A stretch of 64,000 nt of DNA from Rhodosorus marinus CCMP1338. Lineage: Eukaryota > Plantae > Rhodophyta. The notes beneath the pieces were generated by a model that worked only from the letters and a program-made list of their open reading frames with translations, made no database searches and was not told the DNA's origin. Shown here one piece after another: positions 38,748 through 49,313 of this stretch. The translations under genes and the position numbers were made by a program. The stretch is taken from positions 496,001-560,000 of the forward strand of contig JAMWBK010000011.1 of NCBI GenBank assembly GCA_029953675.1, given 5' to 3'. Each line of letters opens with the position of its first letter. The stretch's first letter is position 1.

Positions 38748-39155
38748 ATGGATTACCTTCTAGACTTCGATTTGCTTCCGGATCTGTTTGCCTCCGTCAG
38801 CGAGAACGACCCACTGAGCGAGGTGACGCGGGCAAGCGCGTGGAAAATGGATGAACTCGAGCAGACGCCCTCGGACGACAGATGCTCTGTATTGAGGGGA
38901 GACTTCAACGAAATCGAAGCTCGCGTAGAGGCGTCGAGAAATGGCGGCAAGGGCATGAGCCTCTCGGAGATGGACAATAATTTAAATCGACTGAAGGTGA
39001 TCTCGCAGCGAGCTGTTGACATTTCAAGACAGCTCGGAAACAGAAAGGCGTGTTTACTCGAAGAAAGAGCAGATTTAAAGGAAACACTCAGTCAACTAAG
39101 ATCGCCAGGTCGGCGTGTGTCGAAGAGCCCGGACTTTGAAATATTACCATTCTGA
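38748..39155 (+). CDS. Orphan coiled-coil protein B (135 aa), intronless paralog of A
   Basis: Reciprocal protein-level conservation with A (NEIEARV, MDN.LNRLK, LRSP). Confidence 0.82.
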   Translation: MDYLLDFDLLPDLFASVSENDPLSEVTRASAWKMDELEQTPSDDRCSVLRGDFNEIEARVEASRNGGKGMSLSEMDNNLNRLKVISQRAVDISRQLGNRKACLLEERADLKETLSQLRSPGRRVSKSPDFEILPF

Positions 39156-41299
39156 AAACGCTGCGCCTCTGGTTAGCACAAGGCGGTGAAACGGCCGTGT
39201 AATTTATATTTGGTGAATCAATAAATAAGATTCAACAGTGGCTTTTTTAATCCTGAAACGCCATCACCAGCCCCTCGGATTCGGTACCGACGAGAAACAC
39301 TGCGCGTCGGGCAAAGCGTCGCCAACAAATGTCTATGCCAGCGTGTTCGCGGCGGGTCCTTACGTCAGTCGAATACTGCGCACAGCATGTAGGTCACACA
39401 CTGAAGAGACAGAGCACATAGTCGTTCCGGTCCGTGGTCGCCGTCGCCTAACGCGTCCCTGTCAGGACCGGTGATGGTCGCTGAAGCATCAGCTCCTGCT
39501 AGAAGGCTTACCTTTCTCCGATGATCTATCCCATACAGGCACTGACGGGCACTACAACGGATGAGTATATTCGCCTACCCGTACATCCCCACATCCAGCC
39601 CTCTCAAATCCTAATTGACACCGGCTCACTTAAAACAGCCACGCCAAACCCTACCCCTAGGAAGGGTAGCCATACAAATGCATCCCAATTCTATTTTCGT
39701 TTTTCTAAATAAATTATTGGTTTGCTTAATTGCCCACGTCATATTTCCAAACTGTACCTATCCCCCTTTCAGTTCTTTAGTCAGAGGACCTCCCACGCCG
39801 GCACTAAATGATTGATCGTCCCTCCGGACACACTGACGTCAGGGCCATTCCGTGCAAAATCAACAGCAATTTTTTTTGTTCCTCGCTCCCTCCGTCGGCT
39901 CGTGCGTAGCTTCTTCCAAAAAGAAGACTACAAGATACCAAAATCAAGTTCCAATTCTGTTATTTAGAACCAATGAATAGACTATTATTCTATTTATCGA
40001 CCAATCCATTCTCTGCAATTCGGTTTATCCACAAATTTATTTCATCAATTCTATGCATATTTATTGCAACAAAAGACGCGCTTTAGGACAGACCGGTGGA
40101 CGAATGGAAGAGCTCGTTAGATTAAATTGATCTATATATAGACTGAATACTATAATTATTTAAACTAACTGTATATATTGACTACATTCAGTCTTCAGCA
40201 AATGCCGCGAATAGATCATGGATCGACTTGTCGGCGACAACTAAAATGAATTACGTCCAATGCACCTCCCATTGGCCTTTTGATGAAAAAAAAAAAAAAA
40301 GAGCACATCGACTCGTCGTAAGCATTTTAGAGTGCCGTTTCCCTTCCTAGCATGAAAGAACTCGTTGTTTTTAGTTTCTCGCTCCTTTTTGATCCTTTTT
40401 TCGAAGCCCTGGAATTTTTTTCATTTGGTTTCCTTCTACGTCATGTTGAATTCCCTAGTTGGTCTTTACCGCTCTTAAACCCCCCCTTCTCTAAAGTAGC
40501 ATAGAACATCAACAGATGCGCCTTTTTTTAGTCGTTTCATAAGAAAAATGTAATCCCGACGACCGTAAGCTTACCCCCCGTCGCATCTTACACCCTTCAA
40601 CCCAGCGTAAACGCAGATCGCATTAATTCGAGCACGCATTGGACCAACTTCTACCTTCAACTATTGAATATAAATAATATTAGCGAGTATATCTACTAAA
40701 TATTAATATCATACATAAATTTGGTGTCCAATCACCATCTGTTACTATTTATTACTTCGTATCTTCCTCGATTATTTAAAAGCAAATAGAAATACGCACG
40801 GTTTGCGGGGTGCGTGGTTTCTTGTCCAACTCGGTGAAAGTTCTTTGTAATCAGCGTCCCTGGGCAGTGCAAAGGAAACTCTCTGTATATTTTGAAAGAA
40901 TTGCGTGTTCAATCAAGCTAAATTTAGATTGCGGATCGATTATCTGTATTTCTGCCAACAAAATGGAAACCTTTTCTAAGCTGGATCTGGAAGAAATCGC
41001 CTAAAAGGTTCCTTTTTTTTTTTTTTTCGGGGAAGCGAGGGGAAAAATTGGATTATGAGTAAATTTGTGAGTGGGTAAGTCGGGAGGTGAAGTATATATA
41101 TAGGTGACGAGCATGGAGAATATTTGGAGGGGCGGACTGGGTACAGATGGAGGCATGGATACAGAAGTGAAGAGAAACTAAACTCGTTCGAAGAAACTGC
41201 AGTGTTCGGATTGTGTAGTCGGGAGGTTTTTTTTTTTGTGTTGTTTGTTTTGGAGTATTCATATGGGAGATTGGGGAGTGTGGGGGTTTTAGAGGAGCA

Positions 41300-42076
41300 A
41301 TGGCGATGATGTACTGGGGTGCAGAGGGAGGGATGGAGTTCGGTTGTGGTTCGATGGGCGGTATGTATGGTAAGGCGGATATGGGTATTGTTGATGGTGT
41401 GTCGGGGCAGGATTTGTTTGCGCAAGGAGAGGGAGCTCTGTCAGAGACCATGTTGGGCCAACAGCAAAGGCAGCGGCGGCAGCCGACACAGATGCAACAG
41501 CTAATGGAGCCGAGGCTGATGGACGCGGAGAAGTTTTTGGAGAATATTAGGTACGAAGAGGAGACTGATATGTCTGGAGTCATCGAGTATACTCCTCAAA
41601 CCGTTGCGAGGGACTTGCCCGCTGGTTACAGCTCCGCGCTGGAGAGTACACCGGAAGCCACTCTGAATGATTCAGTCTACACTAGACAGGAGAACCTCTC
41701 TGCAGCACCGTCACTGGAGAACTTCCCGTCGATGCTGCGCCAGGATGGCTACATTCCGCCTTTGCCGTTGGACCAACCTGCTTTCCACCGCCAGGAGACC
41801 TCCTGGCTTCCCTCTTTGCAGCGGCAGGAGAGCACGCCGTCCGCATCGATTCAAGAGCTCAGGCAAGAATTCTCGGAACTGAAGAAGCGGAGCTGTACAC
41901 GGGCTGGTAAGCAGCGCGTTCGCACCACGCCAGAGATCAAGAAGGATATCCGTCGCGTCGAGGGAATGCGACAGACGATCAGAATGATCCGGCACCAGGC
42001 GATGCTGTCCGACCAAATGCTGGCTAACTCCAAGATGTCAACGAGAGATCACAGAGTGGAGAATATTTTCGGCTGA
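41300..42076 (+). CDS. Hypothetical protein (258 aa), Met/Gln-rich N-terminus and basic coiled-coil C-terminus
   Basis: Single long ORF with ATG; TATATATATA at 41093-41102; repeated RQE/RQD motifs; QELRQEFSELKKR...KKDIRRVEGMRQTIRMIR. Confidence 0.65.
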   Translation: MAMMYWGAEGGMEFGCGSMGGMYGKADMGIVDGVSGQDLFAQGEGALSETMLGQQQRQRRQPTQMQQLMEPRLMDAEKFLENIRYEEETDMSGVIEYTPQTVARDLPAGYSSALESTPEATLNDSVYTRQENLSAAPSLENFPSMLRQDGYIPPLPLDQPAFHRQETSWLPSLQRQESTPSASIQELRQEFSELKKRSCTRAGKQRVRTTPEIKKDIRRVEGMRQTIRMIRHQAMLSDQMLANSKMSTRDHRVENIFG

Positions 42077-42512
42077 TGATGCTCTATAGCTAGCTCACTG
42101 ATTAACCCTAAGACTTACTTCAAAATTTTTATGCAACTGACAACTAAATCTTACTAAAATGCAAAGTTCTCACCCTAAACCAATCATGTGTGCGTTTGAG
42201 TCCTTACACTCTTCAATAGCCGATTATATTACGAAACGCTTCATAGCGCTGTTTCATTGGTTAAAATGTGAAAGTTATCACCAATTATGTAATGAAATGG
42301 TTTGGATCGCGCGCGGAGTTGGCGAATAGACGTGGGTCGTTTTTGAAGTAATTTGGCGGAGGCTGACACCAGCATTTCCCGGCCAGTTTGAATGGGCAGA
42401 GCGGTTGGCGATGTCCCCGGCGAGAGAGACAATGCTTCCTGTTTCTAAGAAGAAAGTGTAACTGTCAGCGGGATGGTGAACGTGACCAGATAAGCACGAG
42501 AGTGTTCCACTG

Positions 42513-42979
42513 TCCCTCTAGTACAGATATTCGTTACTTGAGTTGGAGGAACGTCGGCCGCCTGCTCTGGAGAATGGAGAAAGGCTGTTGGTTGTTGGAA
42601 CATTGGAGAAATAGGTTTGTTGCTTACGGTCACGCAGCAGATCCATGAGGCTTTGCCCACGCCCGAGCGCCTCCTCTGAACGATGAAACGTATGGGCGTC
42701 TATCCGCCACACACCTAAGCGCTACGCGGGGCGGGACCCGGTCCGGGATCAGGCCGGGCGTCCCTCTAGTCGAGATATTCGTTACTTGAGTTGGAGGAAT
42801 GTCGGCCGCCTGCTCTGGAGAATGGAGAAATACGTTTGTTTCTTACGGTCACGCAGCAGATTCATGAGGCTTTGCTCAGGCCCGAGCGCCTCCTCTGAAC
42901 GATGAAACGTATAAGCGTCTATCCGCCACACACCTAAGCGCTACGCGGGGCGGGACGCCGTCCGGGATCAGGCCGGGCG
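42513..42979. repeat. Head-to-tail tandem duplication (248 bp + 219 bp)
   Basis: Both units run from TCCCTCTAGT to GATCAGGCCGGGCG; unit 2 lacks ~29 bp bounded by GGAGAAA microhomology. Confidence 0.9.
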
Positions 42980-43138
42980 GCTTTCAAACATACCAACTCG
43001 GACGTTGGTATTTTCAAAATCCCACGGAAGCGTTTCCCGAGGTCTAAAGAAGGTCTCCGTTTTTCGTCTGTCCAACGGCTCGCGCCCTCTCGAAAGAGAC
43101 AGCCGTTGGGTGTCGCGTCTAACTTAGCACAGGTTTAT

Positions 43139-45227
43139 CTATTTCTGGTAGTCCTTCGGTCCGAGCATGTTCTTGGGCACGACGGCTGCATCAAATTCCT
43201 CGGCAGTTAACAAATCCAAGGCCATGGCCTCCTCCTTCAAGGTGGTTCCATTCTTATGTGCAGTTTTGGCGATCCTCGCCGCATTGTCATATCCAATAAC
43301 CGGGTTCAGTGCTGTCACCAGCATGAGTGACTCGTTCAACAGCTGATCCACTCTCCTAAAACAATGGAAGGTTGTGGGGAAAGCCCAGAAAACTCAGCTG
43401 TTTGCAGTGATTTCCCTCACACAAGTTCAGACGCCATCTCAACTTACTCTTCGTTGACCTTGAGGTCCTCGACACAGTTCCTTCTGAAACTCGTACAAGC
43501 GTCACCCAAGAGCCTTGAGCTGTGTAGAGTGTTTGAAACCATTACCGGCTTGAAGACGTTGAGCTCGAAATGTCCATTGCTTCCACCCACAGAAACCTGG
43601 GAGTAGACGAGGGAGCATCCAATCCTGACCTTAGCAATCGTGCACAATAAATTGCTGGGGAGACGACCTGGCTTCACCCACCGCTACAGTGTTGCCCATA
43701 ACTTGAGCGCAGACCATCGTCATAGCCTCGCATTGGGTTGGATTAACCTTTCCGGGCATGATAGACGATCCCGGTTCGTTTTCGGGGAGCACAAGTTCTC
43801 CAAGTCCGCACCTCGGCCCAGAGCCAAGCAGCCGGATATCGTTGGCGATTTTCATGAGAGAGCAGGCTACGGTATTGAAAGCACCGTTAACCTCAACCAA
43901 AGCATCGTGTGCCGCAAGCGCCTCAAACTTATTGGGCGCAGGAACGAACGGGAGCTTGGTCGTTTTCTCAAGCTCCTCACAGATCCTCTCGCTGAAGCCG
44001 GTGTAGGTGTTCAGACCCGTACCCACCGCGGTCCCTCCGATCGCTAGGTTATAGACTCTCGGAAGCGTTCCTAAAACAGCAGAATTTGCGGTCAAACAGC
44101 TGCAAGTCGGAAGAAGCAAAACAAACCCCGTGCTCACCTTGTACTCTTTCAATGCCGTATCGAAGCTGCTGTACGTACGCGGAAAACTCCTGCCCAACGG
44201 TAAGTGGTACCGCATCTTGACAGTGCGTCCTTCCGATCTTGATGATATCGCTAAACTCCGTGGCCTTCTTATCCAAAGCATCCGCTGCACAGCAAACAAA
44301 AAAGGATGTCAACAATAACGAATGTGAAAATGCTTCAGGGTCAGTTACACGATCGGAATTGAACCGACGACCTTTAGCTTTTCGCACAAAAAAGTGTTTC
44401 TGCCAGTTGACCACTTACTCAGCTCCGTTAGGGATGGGATGAGATGTTCCTGGATCTCGATGGCGGTAGCGATGTGCATAGCTGTTGGAAACGTATCGTT
44501 TGAGGACTGTGACTTGTTCACGTGATCGTTAGGATGAACTGGATTTTTGGATCCCATCTGTCCTCCGAGGATCTCGATCCCTCGGTTTGAAAGGACCTCG
44601 TTGACGTTCATGTTGGTCTACGTGTTTTTGTTTTGAGAACAGGAGCGGCAGTGATGTGAGTAAATGCTGTAATATTGGCAATTCTTCCTTCAGTGCGTAT
44701 TTTTGTGTGTGTGGTTTTCCTTTTACCTGAGTCCCGGAGCCGGTCTGCCAGACGACGAGTGGAAAGTTGTCGTCTAATTTTCCGGCGATCAGTTCATCAG
44801 CGGCCTCAACTATCGCGGCGCTGACCTTGGGATCCAGCCCAAGGCCCTCGTTTACCACCGCAGCCGCTCTCTTGAGGTGCCCAAACGCGCGCACCACGGC
44901 AATCGGCATGCGATCAGTGTCTCGGCATATATCAAAGTTGCCGATTGACCTGTTCGCGCCCAGAGAGCGAATACGCGAGCCTATCGCTGGTTAGGATCAA
45001 AGCTAAGTAGCCTTTAACTAGAGTCCTCAACAACCTCAGGAGAGATTCACATGGCAACAAGCTTACCGTTGTGTCTGTGCTCCCCAGTATCGATCCGACG
45101 GCACCTCGATTTCGCCAAAGGTATCCTTCTCTATTCGTTTCATTGCGACCACAGTACCGTGAATATGCCTAACGCCCCTCCTTGCCGTAGCACGTAGAGA
45201 TAACGCGCCAACAAAACCCAGCACCAT
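43139..45227 (-). CDS. fumC: Class II fumarate hydratase (mitochondrial-type), multi-exon
   Basis: [29 protein letters not shown]|[50 protein letters not shown] and [10 protein letters not shown]. Confidence 0.95.
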
Positions 45228-45990
45228 CACCAAAAGGAATACTAGACGACTTCAACTGAACCGAAACAAACACAAGAGAAAGAAGAAAAGCCTGCAACAG
45301 CTTTGCTACTTGAACATGCAATCGATCACCTTATAATGTTGCCAATTTCGTGCTATGCATGCCCTTAGACCTTGCCCTGCCCTTCTTCTTCCAATCTCTC
45401 CGCCAGCTCCAAAGCAAGCAGACGAGTGACCAGCATAGTCTTTAGATATTTGGTCGGGTATCGCTTTGTTACTCGCCAGCCATTAGGTGAAGACGCCAGG
45501 GTTCTTGACAGGGATGGAGTTCTGCCTTTATTTTGTAGGGAAGTATGGCGTCTTTCACCTAAACGTATCCTACCTGAGTTGTATCAACGCCTTGCCAGTA
45601 GGGCGCTCGAGTTGTTGAACAAAATTTCGTGCCGATCCGAGCTTGGATCAAGATCTGTTTCGTCCTTTCACATCCCGTACTCGAAACTTCCTACAGTACC
45701 ATGCTCAGAGCGGAGCGAATCGAACGACATCGATCTAGCTCCTCGTCCAAGGATTGAAAACAATCCGAGCAATGGCTTCTCCTTCCAGGAACCGTGTTGT
45801 TGTCCACAACAGCTACTAAGTGTACTAAAGGTAAGAAAAGAAACTCCGAGTGGCGTACCTTAAATACCTTATACAAATAGAAACAAAAAGTATCTAGAAG
45901 CCTTTTCCGAAATATACTGTACATGTACACAAAAATATGATATACGAAAATCTTTATATATATTACGTTTAAAATCACTGATATTTAGAT

Positions 45991-46063
45991 GGTCTTATGG
46001 TGTAGTTGGTTAGCACGAGGGACTCTGAATCCCTAGACCCGAGTTCAAGTCTCGGTAGGACCT
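45991..46063 (+). tRNA. tRNA-Gln (CTG)
   Basis: GGTCTTATGGTGTAGTTGGTTAGCACGAGGGACTCTGAATCCCTAGACCCGAGTTCAAGTCTCGGTAGGACCT; anticodon stem AGGGA/TCCCT; TTTTT run just downstream. Confidence 0.96.
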
Positions 46064-46432
46064 CGAGCTCATTTTTGAGTCGAGCTTTCGCTGTTTCTTC
46101 TGTAGGTTCCAAGCGAGCGCTGCTGTACTGACAATATGCATACCCCACGGCAGCGACCGGAGAGAATCAGTGTTTTCCAAGCTGAGAGTGTCAGCACTCC
46201 GATGCGATCGCCTATGGAGTGGTGTTTGCACACAGTTTGGTCACACCAGTCTTCTAGTAGATCAGTGGATAGGCATACGTACACTTTGGTTACTGTGCTT
46301 GTTGGCAAGTGACTTTGAAATCCGATTTCCTTTTTAATAATTTCGAAGCCAAAAAGGGCCATGGTGTCTCGTAACCATTGTTTTGCTTATTCGTCATGTC
46401 CTTCAACACTGGTTTCGGGGGGGGGGAAACAA

Positions 46433-48055
46433 TTAGGATGGTACGTAGTCATGTTCAGTGTCATGCAAGTCAAACTTTTTCAAAATCCTTTGCAAACGAT
46501 CCCGTTCATCTCGAAGTTCTTGTGGCACTCTTTCCCATTTCCAGATATTAGGGTAATTGTCCATCTCGCGATTCTCCTCTCGCACGTCGTACCACCTTTC
46601 CGCGGAATCCCTCATTACCTTTGAGCCTCTGATTAACTGGAAGTGACCCATTGGTCTTGTCTGATAAGAATAGTTATAGTCTCGCGTGTGCTTCTTGGCG
46701 TCCCCAAACAAGTATGGATACAAGCTTTGGCCATGGAGTTTGTATCCATCCAGAAGATGGCTCACGCCCATCAAATCGGCCAGCGTCGGTAAGAGGTCAA
46801 CGGAAGAAGCAAACTCATGCGACCTCCCTTGCTTTGTCATCTTGAGTCCGGGAGCATAAACGAACAATGGCACATGTGGACCCCTCTGCATTATTTCCAC
46901 AGCCTTTCCATAACCTTTCGTACCATTGTCTGTTGCAAAAATGATGACCGTATTATCCAGAACACCCAGCTTTTTGCACTTCTCCACAAGCTGCCAAAGC
47001 GTGTAGTCAAGATACTCGACATGGCGCCTAATTCCGCCGTTATTGATCCCGCTCGTTTTATAGCTTCCAGGCCTCCCCTTCACCACCGGCTTCGCCTTTA
47101 TGTACTTGTTCTTTTTCGAATCCCACCGTATCTTTGGTGTAGGTGGCCACGTATCAACTTTTTCATTCAGAAAGTCGAATGCCTTGTGTCCGAGTCTGGA
47201 GGTTGCATACAAGAAGAAAGGCTTGCCGTCCTCCTTGCACTTTCGCATGAACCTTTTCGTTACTGCCATATCTACGTCCGGGCCGAAGGTCCCCTTGTTG
47301 TATGTTTCCTTCGTCTTCGCCGTATTCGGGTAGTAGACTAGTTCCTCGTCCGCACCCGGAGCATTGAATAGAAGTATGTGTGGCAGCCAGGTAAAACTAC
47401 GATGAGCTCTTGCTCCTGCCGCTGACTTCCCCGTGTCCAAGTTGATCAATCTCTTGCTACCATTCTTGTTCTCTCCCCCCCCTACAATTTGAAAGTCTGA
47501 CAGAGGGCTAGGTGGAACCTCCTGTGGAGCGGGCACGAAAACGCCTTGATCAAACCCAAACTTCTCCAAATTATCAACGTCTTTCATGCCTGCTCTTCCT
47601 CCCCAAAGCGTCCCATACCCAGCAGCTGTTGCCAGCTGCCCAATTCCCAGAGGAGATGTGATCCAAAGAGGAACGATATCACCAATTTCTCCGTTCTCGT
47701 CCACCCACGATCCGTAGTCAAAATTGTGCCACCACTTTGTAATCGATGCGTACCTCCCAGTCATCATCATGGCACGGCTGGAGGCGCAGATCGGCGTAGA
47801 CCAATACCTGTCAAAAAATACACCCTTCTTCGCCATCTTATCCAGCATCGGCGTACGCGCTCGATACTTTTTCGAGCTTGTTGCCTCTTCATCGTCACTA
47901 GACCAAACCCCCGTATCATACGACGGGAACTCCCGAGGGCTCAGATCATCCCCAATTAAAATAATAATATTAGGCTTGCTCCCCTTGGATGCACCATCCA
48001 CGCCAGACAGAACAGCCCAGCACAGCACCACAAACAATCCCAAACCACCCCTCAT
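46433..48055 (-). CDS. Secreted S1-family sulfatase-like protein, copy 1 (intronless)
   Basis: Signal peptide MRGGLGLFVVLCWAVLSGVDG; PNIIILIGDDL; STPICASSRAMMMTGRY; FFLYATSRLGH; NTVIIFATDNG; GPHVPLFVYAPG; SSVDLLPTL. Confidence 0.9.
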   Translation of the reverse strand: MRGGLGLFVVLCWAVLSGVDGASKGSKPNIIILIGDDLSPREFPSYDTGVWSSDDEEATSSKKYRARTPMLDKMAKKGVFFDRYWSTPICASSRAMMMTGRYASITKWWHNFDYGSWVDENGEIGDIVPLWITSPLGIGQLATAAGYGTLWGGRAGMKDVDNLEKFGFDQGVFVPAPQEVPPSPLSDFQIVGGGENKNGSKRLINLDTGKSAAGARAHRSFTWLPHILLFNAPGADEELVYYPNTAKTKETYNKGTFGPDVDMAVTKRFMRKCKEDGKPFFLYATSRLGHKAFDFLNEKVDTWPPTPKIRWDSKKNKYIKAKPVVKGRPGSYKTSGINNGGIRRHVEYLDYTLWQLVEKCKKLGVLDNTVIIFATDNGTKGYGKAVEIMQRGPHVPLFVYAPGLKMTKQGRSHEFASSVDLLPTLADLMGVSHLLDGYKLHGQSLYPYLFGDAKKHTRDYNYSYQTRPMGHFQLIRGSKVMRDSAERWYDVREENREMDNYPNIWKWERVPQELRDERDRLQRILKKFDLHDTEHDYVPS

Positions 48056-48923
48056 CGCTACGCGTTCCACACAACCCCCACCCCCAACCAGGTCAAAACA
48101 AAACAAACACCTTGCCACCACCAACAGACGCTGCTAATAAATTCCCATCTTCCTCTCAACAACACTCCTGGTCAGCCAAATAAAATACTTGGCCCCCCCG
48201 CCCCCATCCTCTCGCCCACCCTCCCCACCCTCCCCACCCATCCCAAGCCAAAGATTGTTTCACCACATCTATATATATAAATCCATGTCCCACATCTGTC
48301 CCAAAACCCCTCCGGCATGTCCCAACACTCCTTTTCATCCTCCGCAGAACTCCATGATCACCCAAAACCCGTCGAAAACGATGCTTTTCACTCACACCAA
48401 AAATCGAAACACTAAATAAGTTTTCAAAAAACAATTTTCTAGTATGGGCACGCACCCTTCTACAATTCAGTCTCAATTGTTTTCCACGTCCCCGTTTCCA
48501 CCACCTGGAGGGACAGTTTTTTGTACTAAAGTTCATATACAAATTTTTTTTATAAGGGCAGGATAAGTGTTGCTCATATTTTCTCCAAAACCAAACGCTG
48601 CCTTTTTTTCTTTTTTTGGGGTAGGCTTCAAAAATGGCCAGGTAATCGAGGGAGAACGATGAAAAATGGGGTGGCGGGGGGGGGGGGTTGGAGAGGAAGA
48701 TTGGGCTTTAGAAATTATTGAAAAAGGATACGTGTATTGATGTATTCGAACTTTTTAAAATGGCAGGAATCGATGGTGGGGACTAAAGTAGAAAAACGAA
48801 TATAAATAGACGGAGGGGATAGATATTGGTATTTCCGCCAAAAATGTAGGGTTTTTGGAAACCTATTAAAAAGTGGCAGGAATCGAGGGGAAGTTGATGG
48901 GGAAGATTGGAGAGTTTGTCATA

Positions 48924-49313
48924 GGCACGGCTGGAGGCACAGATCGCCGTAGACCAATGCTTGTCGAGAATAATCCTCCGGCTAATCGTTATTCGCCAGC
49001 TGCGGGAGCGCCCCGTGGATTTGCCGCTGCCTGTATGATACGTCGCAAAGAGGTGAAACATGCTGGGGGCCATTGTCTTCCCCAGGCACTGATGCTGGGC
49101 TCTAGGTCATCGCCTGGTACCTCTGGTCATTGAGTGCTTTGGGTTCATGGATTCCATTGGTTCTCGTTGGCCTCCGGGAGTTGTTCCGCGATCGCCCTGA
49201 CCACATCTCCTAATTATTTACCGGCCTAAGTTTCCTGCTGTGCCGGATGAACGCTGCCTTGGACCCTTCTTCACTACCAGTTTATCCAGCATCGGCGTAT
49301 GCGCTCGATACTT
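48924..49313 (-). pseudogene. ~100-bp sulfatase remnant (active-site region) split by a retrotransposon fragment
   Basis: 48924-48972 matches GGCACGGCTGGAGGCGCAGATCGGCGTAGACCAAT of copy 1; 49262-49313 matches the immediately adjacent ACCCTTCTTC...TTATCCAGCATCGGCGTA.GCGCTCGATACTT. Confidence 0.85.
48972..49261 (+). mobile_element. Internal RLE-region fragment of the 2.7-7.4 kb retrotransposon family
   Basis: NPPANRYSPAAGAPRGFAAACMIRRKEVKH and CATTGAGTGCTTTGGGTTCATGGA...TAAGTTTCCTGCTGTG align with element 1 at ~2770-3050 (reverse complement). Confidence 0.88.

Noticed and set aside
42513-42979. SRP/snRNA identity for the tandem unit (GGCCGGGCG end)
   Set aside because: The rest of the unit matches no SRP or U-snRNA sequence I recognise.
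45372-45863. 163-aa ORF between fumarase and tRNA-Gln
   Set aside because: Non-ATG start and no motif; neither strand gave a consistent exon chain.
46817-48183. Plus-strand ORFs over the sulfatases (also 53046..53702 and 61754..62419)
   Set aside because: Antisense to intact genes; their similarity between copies just reflects the duplication.
48687-48705. Inverted echo of the copy-1 sulfatase 5' UTR (48140-48160)
   Set aside because: Only ~19 bp, purine-rich low complexity, with two indels.
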